A model generated the notes under the pieces. The model saw only the letters and a program-made list of their open reading frames with translations. It ran no database searches and had not been told where the DNA came from. Below are positions 22,999-34,191 of a DNA stretch of 49,836 nt, piece after piece (the first letter of the stretch is position 1; every line of letters begins with the position of its first letter). The position numbers were made by a program, and so were the translations under genes. Where the stretch lies: the NCBI GenBank assembly GCA_027604505.1, contig JADIIX010000150.1, forward strand, positions 1 to 49,836, written 5' to 3'. This stretch comes from Gonapodya sp. JEL0774 (lineage: Eukaryota).

Positions 22999-24389
22999 TT
23001 AAATATGCCTCCAAGAATTGTCCCACAGCACCTGTACGTCATTCACAATACAGTCCACCCCACTCTCAATCCTCTCCCCAACGGGCCTGGCCGCACTCCA
23101 CCGTCTGACCAGCCCCGCCACAGCCCACCGCTCCACCCTATGAACGAGCGCGCCATGCCACCGCCACCATCGGTTCGTCCACGCGCCCATAACGCTGTGC
23201 CACGGAGATGGAAACCGCGCCTGGCGAACCTCCTTGTATACGGAGAGGGAGTAACTCACGCGCACACTGGGGTTGAGCCACACGCCCCGTTTGCGTGAGA
23301 GTGGGTTGTCCGTGTGGACGAGACAACACTCCGAGGCTTCCAGGTGAAGGTCAGCCAAAGTATCTTCCACGCCGCGAAAAACAAGAGGTCTGGGCCCATA
23401 AAACGGGGCCGAATCGAAAGCGACCATCCCACTCCAGCAACTGGTTACAGGGACAGGGTCTAGTGATATCGCTGCCGCGCGAGACGTTGGTGAGAGAAAC
23501 CACGGCCAATAGGAGGACGCGGTTTCAAAGCCAAGATCATCACGAAGGGCGAAGGAGTCATAGCATTGCGGAAGGTCTTGAAAGTCTACGGCACAGGCTG
23601 CAGCGTACCTTTCGGTTGTGTGGGGGGATGTAACGGGGAATTGATGGAGTGAACATGAAAACAGAGCAAGAGCAGCCACTGAATACGGGGAACTAACCTT
23701 CCGGAGCGGGTGTTTAAAAGGGTTACGAAGTCTTCCACCTGATAGTGGAATAATTTGGAAATCAATCACCCAACGACCACGAATAACTTTCATCAGAACA
23801 AACTCACGTCGAATGCGACATCGTTAAGCCACAGCACGCGGTCAAATCTTTTTCCTTGAGCCGCCATTTTCTCCAAGGGCTTCATGGCCTTATTCCGCAC
23901 GTCGGCCAGGTGAGGTATTCTTCTCTTCTCGAATCTCCTCATCCTCTCGTTCCATATCCACCCAGGAGGCCTCCTACCACCTTCAGGTCTATCGTTAACC
24001 TCCGCAAGATACTCCATTGACGATTCCCCGAAAGAAATCGTGTACCCTACTCCTCGTTTGTCCAGCTCACCCGCAAGTCGCCTCAGGGACTCCTTGGTTC
24101 CGTCCTCTGAACCGCCCTCCACGACAGACACGTGGAGTCGTTGAGGCCCTAGGTAGTCCGCGAGACCCACCACGGCCTCATTCCACGCCGCACTCTGAAT
24201 GGATTCAGCATTCCTCAATATGGCCGCGAGGAACACGGAGTAGTTTCCCTGCAGTTCCGGGAGGGTAGGCTGAACGCGATGGCGAGTCGTCGGGCGTGTG
24301 ACGATTTGGAATACGGCATCGAGGGCAATGAAGAGGAGTGCCGTCACGATGACGGGTAACGAGTAGCGCCGAGAGCGCCGCAGGAACAT
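22999..24389 (-). CDS. Alpha-1,3-mannosyltransferase, CAP59/CMT1 family (GT69), 3 exons
   Basis: Type II anchor; VSVVEGGSEDGTK, RRIPHLADVRNKAMKPL, FDRVLWLNDVAFD | VEDFVTLLNTRSGR | YAAACAVDF..YDSFALRD, VPVTSCWSGMVAF, EASECCLVHTD. Confidence 0.92.
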
Positions 24390-24870
24390 GGAGACCGAGT
24401 CGCACCAAAGAGCAAGGGGGGTATCTTCAAAGACGAAAGACGCTTTTAGCCGCTTAAAGAGTGAATTAGAAACCTCTTCTTACGTACTCGTTCGGAGATA
24501 AAATGATTTGCCGGCTTTGGACTCACGACCGCATACTCAGTCGATTTTTGTTCAGAACTTCAAATGCGCACTATTAGTTGAAGAGAACACTAGCTCAATA
24601 AAGAGTGTTCGGTGTTCGTTACAATCCTCTCTTATTTTTTTGGATCCGCTTGTCTGCCTTCGTATGACTAGTTGTCTCGACAACCGTGTGACACGGCACT
24701 TTGTCCCAGTGAAATCAATCAACTGCTCTTCGATCTATTTTTGTTCAGGTGTTTCTTTACACCAAGCATTTTTGAACAGGGTGTTCATTCCCAGTCCAGA
24801 AGGTTGGGGATCCAGTCTCACCTCAGTCTCGTCTCAACCTGATGCACCAAAACCTTTGACCGCCAATAAG

Positions 24871-26875
24871 ATGAGACGTCGTCGAGTAACGACGTCATTC
24901 ATAATATCGCAATCATCCACGCCCAGCAATGCATTTCCGGAGCGTGTCCTGCTCCTCCGCCGCTCTGACAAAGTGAACACATACCAGGGACACTGGGCTG
25001 GAATATCGGGGTCAGTGGAAGATTCGGACCCAGACCCAATGTTTCGAGCAACCAGGGAAGTGGAAGAGGAGACTCGACTCGTGCTGGGGAGGGATGTTGA
25101 GTTTGTTAGAGCGGGAAAGAAGATTGTGGTCGATGGTGGACCACGTCATCCCGACATGGTTTTCGAAGTATTTCCATTCCTGTTCAGGTGAATTTCTCGG
25201 TTTAGTATGATTGGCGTCTGGAAACCCTTAGAGTCTGCTTGCAGATGCCTTGCAAGAGAACGTTTTCCTCATCAAAGAGTCTCCACAATGTCTTGTCTTC
25301 CGTCTGTTCCTCACCTCCGCTCCCCTTCCAAGGCTCATCAATCCCAACACACCCGTCACAATTGACTGGGAGCACTCAGAGTACAAGTGGATTCCCCCAA
25401 CCGAAATGCTCTCCTACACTACTGTGCCCCAACTACCAGAGACGCTCTCCCGTGTGTTCATAGCGAGGGCGGCTCATGACGGAATTCGTGAACTTAAGGA
25501 AGGTAAGTGTCCGCTTGAGTTCTCTTGAGTGAGCCTTTTCAGCAGAGAACTCCAGAAACAACATTGTGGTCCTGATTCGCTTGCGAGGTTCTGTCCATTC
25601 AGAGCATCTCTAATCTCCATTGCGGCATGTTAATTCATATCAGACCGGTCCCTTGGGGCCCGCCAAATGTCCCACCGTTCGCTGTCCATCCTCCTCAGTT
25701 GCCCCTCCGATCCATCCTTTTACATCTTCCGCCAATACGCCCCACTCACACCCCGAGGCCTTTACCTCACCCTCCTCAACTGCGCCTACCACATTGCGGC
25801 TGCCCGGCCATCGATGAGCGCCTCGATTCGTGGGGCGATGGCGAGGGTGATGGGGGACACCAAGATTGAAGTGGAGGCGGCCGAGAAAGAGCTGGAGCAG
25901 GACCAGGATAGGGATGCCACCAGTAATGCGGGGGCGGTGAAGAGAGTTTTGACGAAGTTTGCCGAAGCGGCGAAGAGGGTGCAGAGTGATATTGAAACCG
26001 CCCAGGAGAGGGTGAACACGAATGCGGTAAAGGTTTTGTTGGGAAATCGCGGTGGCACCGGAGACAAGAAGGGAAGAAGTGATTCGTTGAGGTTGTTGAC
26101 GATATCCAGCTCCTCCACTGTTTTGGGCATCGTGGAGCACCTCGTTCGAACAATTTCAGAGGACAACTCCACGGCCGGCGTCGCGCAATTATCGACAAAC
26201 GGTCTCCCAAGCGCACTCCACGTTCACGTCCTTGAATCTCGACCTCTTTGTGAAGGCGCCACCTCGTTCGCACCACAGCTTGAAGCCCTTATTTCACAGC
26301 AGCGACGACCCCTTTCTGCTCCCCCCATTCACCTGCACATCCACACCGATGCGGCAGCCTTGTCTGTCCTGCTGTCAAATTCTATCGACTTCGTTTTATT
26401 GGGAGCCGACCGGGTGGATCACTCTTCAGCCGACGCGGTGAATAAGACAGGATCTGCGGTGTTGGCTGGGTGTGCCCTGTTAGCGAGACAACTGGCTGCT
26501 GCTATGGACAGAAAAGAGGAGTCACAATCTAATGCAGTGAAAGTGATGGTCGTGGCGGATACAAGCAAAGTCGGGGAAGCGGTGGCGGAAGTGGACGGTG
26601 GTGTGATGGAACGGCAAAGTGCGGATGAGATGTTTGGTGCATATGGGGGAAAGCACTTGGCACCGACACGTAAGCTTGTCCCGGCGGTGACTGTGGACTA
26701 TGACAACGTGTATTTTGAGAGGATTCCAGCAGCGTGGATTGATGTACACGTCACCGAAGAGTGCGCGTTCTGGAGAGAGACGATGGCGAACTCTGAAACG
26801 GAGACTTCGAAGGCAATGGTGGTTCGCGTCTGGGAGCAGAGGAAGGAAGTGGATACTGTATTTGATGACTTGTAG
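24871..26875 (+). CDS. NUDIX hydrolase fused to an eIF-2B alpha/beta/delta-like (IF-2B / sugar-phosphate isomerase) domain, 3 exons
   Basis: Exon 1 has LLLRRSDKVNTYQGHWAGISGSVE...ATREVEEETRL (Nudix box). Exon 2 has IDWEHSEYKW. Exon 3 has DRSLGARQM, ARPSMSASI, LLTISSSSTV, VLESRPLCEG, TDAA, LLGADRV, VNKTGS and NVYFERIP. Introns 25188-25331 and 25503-25643 join in frame. Confidence 0.92.
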
Positions 26876-27265
26876 ATACTCTAGAGATTGTGTTCTGCGT
26901 GAAACAGCGAGCACCAGGAGATACTTTACTTTCTACGTCTTGTAACATCTTTTTGAATAACATTCTTGTCCGTGTTCTGACACAAATACCGAAAGGATGA
27001 TTCATTTGAGATCACCTTAAAGCGATCAATAATTTGACTCGCACCGCTTTCATCACACCATTTCCAGACAGGATTCTGCGAACCTCGCGACCAGATTTGT
27101 GCAATCCTCTCTACTCTTCAGCATCGTCTCTGTACCAGAACCCGCCGTTTCGTATCAGTGAACGAACATCTTCAACTGCTGACGTGGTCACATTCCGTCG
27201 TCCCCGCACTCCTGTTCCGCCCTCCAAGGTCATCTTCTGCATCTCCATACCTCTTCATTGAGCCT

Positions 27266-28403
27266 ATGAGTCCTTCTACCTGCTCAAAGAGAACGTCCAC
27301 AGTGCGCGCCGCGTCGTTGGGTCCCCAAAGGCGGAAACCTGCGCCGCCGGTTCGCGCGTCTTCGTACGAGCCAGAAGACCTTTCTGCAGACGATGTTGCT
27401 TCTGGAGAAGAGGAGATTTTACCGGGAAGCGTTGCAAAACGTAGGATACGGAACATGTGAGTCATTCATTGAAGTGTGGACTGTAAGATACCATCACGTT
27501 GGAGCAGTCACTGGGGAGGACAGGGCCCTCTCATTACATTCTCAACGCTTTGAATCACTGCTTTCTAGGCTTGCTGCCCGTCGCTCGCGTGAGCGCCGCA
27601 AGGCTCACACTGAACAATTGGAGGCCCAAGTCCAAGCACTGACGTTGGAACGCGACCGAGCCGTGAAGCTCATCGAAAAGCTCGAGCAGGAACTTGCCAG
27701 CACCGCTGCGGCTGCATCCAGAAAGGAAGCAGAAGATGGGAATACCAGAGGAAAAGTAAAGCGGAGGACAACTCGACTGGCTGCCGAACCCGTTGGCGTT
27801 GTCGCTCAGACGGAATCGGAATCCGACTCGAAAAGAAGAGCCAGTTGGGCTGGGTGGCCAATATCGGTGTCCAATGGACTTGGAGGACATGGAATGGGTG
27901 GATTGACCTCGGTTGGACGACCTGATGGGCTGGATGCTGATGTTCACATGGGTTACCGTGACCGAGAAGAGACACCGGACACCGGCACAGACACGGATTC
28001 GACCGCGATTTACATGAAAATTGAATCAAGTGACGTGGATGCAATGCACAATCAGCTGCCTCCCTACCCTCCTCAGCGATCCCAGAGTACCAGTGCTGTT
28101 GGGTCACCATCATCACCACCGGCACCTGAATTGAGGTGGCGTTGGTCACCGAATGACCTTCCCCCACTGCCCCCCAACACCAACAAGCCTGCGACCCCCT
28201 CCCACCGTGCGTCTTCTATCTGCGACCTCGATACTCTCGAATCTTGTTCAACAACCTTCAGTGATGGCTCCCGCTCATGCACTGAAAGCAACGAAGTGGA
28301 CTTGAATTCTCTGAAGATCCCGCAGTTGTCTGGCCTAGACTCTCTCATCGCGGCAGCGGCATTGTCGTCGTTGGATTGGGGTGAACGGCTATCGACGATG
28401 TAA
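27266..28403 (+). CDS. bZIP transcription factor (Gcn4/AP-1-like basic region), 2 exons
   Basis: Spliced KRRIRNM|LAARRSRERRKAHTEQLEAQVQALTLERDRAVKLIEKLEQEL gives the N-x7-R basic motif and heptad leucines. Intron gtgagt(27457)...ctag(27568). Confidence 0.88.
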
Positions 28404-28761
28404 TTGAATGTCTCCGCGAGTGCCTCAGAATGCGAATCGAACAACGAAAGACTCTTTTATGCTGCAAGTGCAGCGTATCTTGTGCACAGCGCGACGGATG
28501 GTACGTTTTAATGGTGAAAATTACATTGTACACGTGGACTCATCGGCCCGATCCAACCTGAGAAAAACATTAAAGAAACCAGCAAATCTGTAGATTATAA
28601 TATACCTCTAGAGAATTACAATCCAATGAAACTTGCTACTTGCTTCGCCGTACTTCGCCGATCATGGTTGATGGGGGCGTGCTTCAATCAATCCTGATGT
28701 TGTTCGGCAAGTGTTCAATATTCATCGTATCGCGAGCATCGAGGAAAGAAACTCTGAAATC

Positions 28762-29980
28762 ATGAACGCATCTGAATCTGAGAGTGACAGACTGGTGTTG
28801 CTGGGAGTGGAGATGGGGTCCCTAGAACTCTTGCGTCAAGGCTTAGGACTCGGTGGCAGCCCAAACGCGCGCAAGGCCATTGTACTAAAAGTTGATCTCG
28901 AGCGCTCCCCCAATGACGCGAAGCGGTCCTTCTTTGAATGGGTCATGAATCGCCAAAAGAAAATCACTGAGCGAAAGACTGTTGAAGACATTTCATCGGG
29001 GGAGAGCGCCCTTGCAATAGCCGTACGAGATCGACGTGTGGATCTAGTTCGTGAGCTACTCGTCGCGGGTAAGCAAAAGTAAATGGGAATAAAACTCATG
29101 AGTCTCATTGAACATTTTTGACACAGGTGGCGATCCTAACACCCAAATCTCGTGGAGAATCCCGTACTGGCATTCTCTCTGGACTCGTGAACGGTGGGAC
29201 GCAACACGGTGGTTGTGCACTTATTTCTTCGAATCGGCCCTGGATCTGGCTCTGGAAAGCGGTCTTCTAGCTCACCGGTTTAACAAGCGCGGACCCATCG
29301 TTCTGATTAAGAATCCATCTGAAGGGCAGGAAATATCTGAGAAGCGCACCTTGACACCGTCCCTGGAAATTGTTCAGCTGCTCTTGGCGAATGGGGCGCG
29401 CCCAGGACCTGCATCATTTAACAGAGCAAAGAAAATACAGGACCCACGTTTTTTGGAGGTGTTAAGCTCAAAGATTGGTGGAGTCACTCACAGGAATAAC
29501 TCCGCAATGGACACATTTACTTCTGCGCACCGAGAGGTGCCTACTCAAATCATTGAACGTTGTCGCAACCCAACACATGAGGAATCGGCCTACCTTTCAA
29601 CATCCCATGGTGGCACCGGAATGGAATCAGAATATGGTCGTTCATCTCCCCGCATGGAAAACTTCGTGGAGCAGACACCTTCGGACATTCTGCATGAGCA
29701 GCTGCAGTATCTGCACCAACTCCTTTCCCACCGTAATGCTCACGCCACTAACTTGAATGAAATACGCACCCAAATTCGTGAATTGAGCTCTGTGCTCAAC
29801 GCTCGTCGTGCTCAAAGGCAGAAACTAGAAGAGGAAGCACTGGGCAAGCATTGGACGAAATGCATATTTGAGCGAGCGTTCTTGACCGAGCAGCCAAGTG
29901 CTCCTACAGAGTGGGAGTGTGCAGAACTAGATGAGAATACATCTGAAGATTTGCGTGGCAGGTTCAGTTATCTTACATAA
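28762..29980 (+). CDS. Ankyrin-repeat protein with inserts and a C-terminal coiled coil; 3' end uncertain
   Basis: GESALAIAVRDRRVDLVRELLVAG|GDPN, ESALDLAL, SLEIVQLLLANGA. Intron gtaagc(29069)...acag(29126). Confidence 0.75.
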
Positions 29981-30590
29981 CGAATCAGAAAATGGACGCT
30001 GGATGGCCATAAAGATGTAAGCATTCGCCATTGCAAAATGATCAAATTTGAATGAATTGAGAGCATTTATCCTAAAGTCAAGGAAGTTAATAATGAAAGA
30101 TATTGAATGAATCCCGCTACATGATTGGACTCTGTGGTGGAACAACACTTTCATGTCTGTGTCTGAAACCCCTCAGCATAACGCATTTCTTGGCCGGAGT
30201 CACGGCATCTGTGATCTTATGGTACTGAAACACAACTCAGAGTATTGTCATTCCAACAAAGAATCACTCTCAAAATTCGAATTTCTAATCTCAAAGGTTC
30301 AATCTCTACCAAAAGAGAGTCAGACAAATTTCATTCTTCTCGAGTTTCACTCTGTACGATTTTATGATGTAAAGAGACAACACTAACGCTATTTACAGAA
30401 GAATGATTTGGATCTGACCGCAGAATCACGTCATGATCGGCAGATGCATTAGAGAATGTGGAGGAAGACATTATGTTTAATACCCAGACAGGCAGCGTAG
30501 TTTAGTCATAATACTTGAGGTGAAATACAATGCCGAGTAGCAATCCAATGTGTTCATTAATGGTTCGGCACTAGGGTGATGCGCTGGGGC

Positions 30591-33500
30591 TCAGTGCTGC
30601 CGCCAAATTGTCCGCATTCCCGATTTTGCAGATTCCCCGCCGTCCGCAATTTCCCTCGCCCACTCCTCTACGCCAATCTTTCCAACCTCCTGCTGCGAAA
30701 CGCCCCTGCTCTCCTGGATGACGCGACCATCAGCAGCAGCTACCACAAGCCCCCCATTCACTCTTCCGGCGACCAACCAAGTGCGTCCGTCATCCGCACA
30801 CCCTACAGCACAAACTGATCCTTCGGACGGTCCACCAAGAGTTTGCGGTCTCCGATTTCGCCGTTGTCGGAATCGTTCTCGCCACTGGTCAACGTGTTGG
30901 GGGGCATTGATCGCAACGATAGTAGAATTTGGGAGGTTTGGATCACAAAATGTCAATAATCGATCCTTGGGTGGTGGTTTAAGGCGTTTAACAGGCTGAG
31001 AGAGGAAGGAGTCGATTCGGGTTTGACTGGGAGGCCGCTTCCGTTGATTAGGCGTAATTACTGACGGGAAAGCATCAGCGTCTATGACCACACTTTGCAC
31101 TGGTCGGTGCGACGGTGCAGAGGGCGGTGACGGAAGCGCGTCAACATCAACAACGGCTTGTGGTGCAGGGATCCGAGTGTCGCCGAGGGGTGGATGACGA
31201 GAATACGATTTTGCGACAGACGGATATTGGAATTCCGTTGGGCGCGCTTGGACGGTATCATTCACAGTAGTTGTACTCAAGAGTCTTATTCTACCTCGGC
31301 TCCACTCAGCGATGTCGACGTCACCCCAACCAATCATAGAATGTGTCATTTGGTCGAAGCTCGGAGGTTGCCCAATTTTATGACGGGTGTCGAAATTTGG
31401 TGCTCGTGTAGGGGTGGGTAGCGACATAACAGGTGGGGGATTCATGATTTGGACAGACTTGTTTGCTGGCGTTGCTTGCGAGGGTGACAAAGCATCAGGC
31501 AAGGGTTTAAAGACGTGACTCAACAAATTATTCAACTGTGAGGGAGAGGATGCCGTCAAGGGCGTAGATCGGGGATGGGGGTGATCGAGTTTCAAGTTGG
31601 CCGATCCGCTCTGCCCACTCCTAGGAAGGGGCGGTGAGTAGCAATGATCCTCTGATGCTCTGGTCAAAGGAAATTCGAAACTAGGGGAAGCAGGTGGTGA
31701 ATGCGGATCCGTGGGATGTTCCACCTCAGATTCAGCGGGCGATGGTAAGAACGCGGAAATTCTTGAGCTTGAGCTTCGTCTGCCCTCAGAGCCAGCTGCA
31801 TTAGACAAACAATGCGGAGTGTTCCATCGTGAGTCGGACTTGGCTGGTGAGGGGAGTGCGGCAGATGTGGGCTTGGGAGTGGTCCGTGAAGTACTTTGTG
31901 GAGTGGGTTGCGGATTAAACAGCCGCTGAATCTGTGTCAGAGGTGTCCGCCGAGACTGGATACAGCCTTGTGGTAGCTGCTTCTGCGGTGTGACAGGTGC
32001 CCGACGGCCTACGTTCTCCTTTCCATCTTCCGCGTGAGTTGCTTCTCCCAACTCACATCCTCCCTTAGTAGATTCCCAATTCCCGTACACTTGATCAGCA
32101 AGTGCTTCTACGACACGAGCTATTCTCGCATCGTCTTCATCAGCGAGGAGAATATGTCTCTTGTCGGGGGCAAGATTGGCTGGACAGAGTGAAAGATAGC
32201 CCGAGCAAGAGGCTCTTAGTTCAACCCATCATAAATTGTTAAAGCAGATCCGAGGTTCTCACCGTCCACGCCATTCCCGCCCTCAAGTGTAATACTCCAC
32301 CAGCAGAAAACGTTCTTCTGTTTGCTTGTCCCTAGTGGCTCCGAGGAGAGGGTGCCTTTCCATTTATCAAGCACTGCGTCCACCACTGCGCCGAGTTGAG
32401 GTGGCGGCTCGATACACGTTCGTCGATTGATGTGAATTGGAGAGGGGGGTGGGGGGTGCGGAGGTGGTACTGGTACCGGGGAAATGAAACCGGGAGGTCA
32501 GCTGTTCACGAGAATAGGGATGCAGGTGGGACTCAGATATACTCACAGCAACCAGGTTTAGGTAGAATCGCCCGAATTCGAACGTCAAGGGGTGGTGTCT
32601 CTGCCTGTTCCAGAACCGGGAAGGTTTCCGTTCGTTCCACAAACACCCACGCAGCGCCCAATGCCAGAAACGGAAAGATACCCTGCGCTGCCTTCTCCAT
32701 CGCGCCTGTTGCGGGAACTGATATGGTCCAATCCTTACCCTGTGTACCCGGGGGTCCCCTTTTGTTCGAAACACCAGCTTTCAGTCCAGATGGTGCAGTT
32801 GGTGCGTCTTTTCCGCTCACAGTCCAGCCGACGTGCGGGCACTCCACCGCGTAAGAAGAAACGAGCGTAAATACTTGCTCGCGTAAGCGCTGTGGGGGGT
32901 GCTGGAGGGCATGCGCCCTGCGGACCGGGTGGGGATTAAAGAGTTTTCGGACAGTGATGGTGGTGCCAGGGTGAGGAAGCGCGATTTTGGAGGAGCTAGT
33001 CGGCAAGCAAAACGTTATTATGGAGAGCTAGGGCAGAAATCGATGCTAAATGGGAATGGCATGGTCCATGCTTTGCCCGACGGACATTGCAGCTTCCCAC
33101 CAATAAAAGTAGCTACCTGCCAGTTCTTACCTCTTCACGACACCACCTGTCGTTGCAGTAAGTCTCCGTCCCACCGTCTCCCCTTCACACATTGTTGACA
33201 CTTCCGCCTCTTCACCAAGGGACGCAATGGCGTACAAAGCTTCACCACGGAATCCAAATGTGCAAATATGTGGGAGGGACTCAAGAGACCGCAGTTTAGA
33301 CGTGTGATAAGGTTTGAATAGATCGCCAACAGATGCAGACGGTATTCCGATTCCATTGTCCGAGATCGATATGCTGTGAAGCCCTGAGTGCGCGAGGGTG
33401 ATTTTAATGCGCGTCGCAGAAGCATCAAGCGCATTTCTGCAGATGAAAACCAGATGTCACATGGAATGAGCTCAAATTTAACTCACGAAACCAGGGGATG

Positions 33501-33680
33501 AACTCACTCAACAAGCTCTCTGACAACATCAATGACTGATGACACAACCTGCTCCGCATGAACTCGTCTTGCAACCTCTGTCGGAAGCGCCACGAGACCA
33601 TCTCGCTCACGTTTCACTGAGGACACAACATCTGTCACCGATAAGGACGGGATTTCCTCAAAAGCCGGCGCTCCGCTCAT
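30591..33680 (-). CDS. MutL-family mismatch-repair protein, PMS1-like (GHKL ATPase N-terminus, long disordered linker), multi-exon
   Basis: EQVVSSVIDVVRELVE|NALDASATRI, ISISDNGIGI, YHTSKL, FGFRGEALYAIASL, HPGTTITVRKLFNPHPVRR, NLAPDKRHILL. ATG at 33680. The exact MutL paralog is not resolved. Confidence 0.85.
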
Positions 33681-34191
33681 TCTTCGTCAGTGCGATCAGC
33701 TTCTGACGGAAAACGTTGGCTGACTGTCAATGATTGTACCAATTCTGGGTTGTGCGCTCTAACATATAAAAATGCGAAGATTCGGGGCAGACTTGGTGGT
33801 GCACAACCATCAAGGCTATGATATTATCTTACCAAACAGGACAAACCACGATTAATTCTGTTCGCCAGTGTCAGGCTCCTGACAAAAATGCACTTCAAAC
33901 CCTGGTGAGAGTATGGAAATCTTCGGCATTAGGTTGTTGGCAACCCCATCAACAGCGAGAGGAGAGAGAGCAGTTGTCTCACGCAACAGTGTGCGGAAGA
34001 CTTGATTTGAATCGACAAAGTGGTTATGTTTGCAAATATTTTACATGTGTCCCGGATTACGAAATATGTGTATCGGTGAAATTTCAAAATGGGAAGTAAG
34101 TGGTACGTGAGATTACATAATTGCGGTCGAATATTACTACGGGCTGTCCAAGGTGTGAGTGAAACAATAACTTAGCAATGCGCACAAACAC

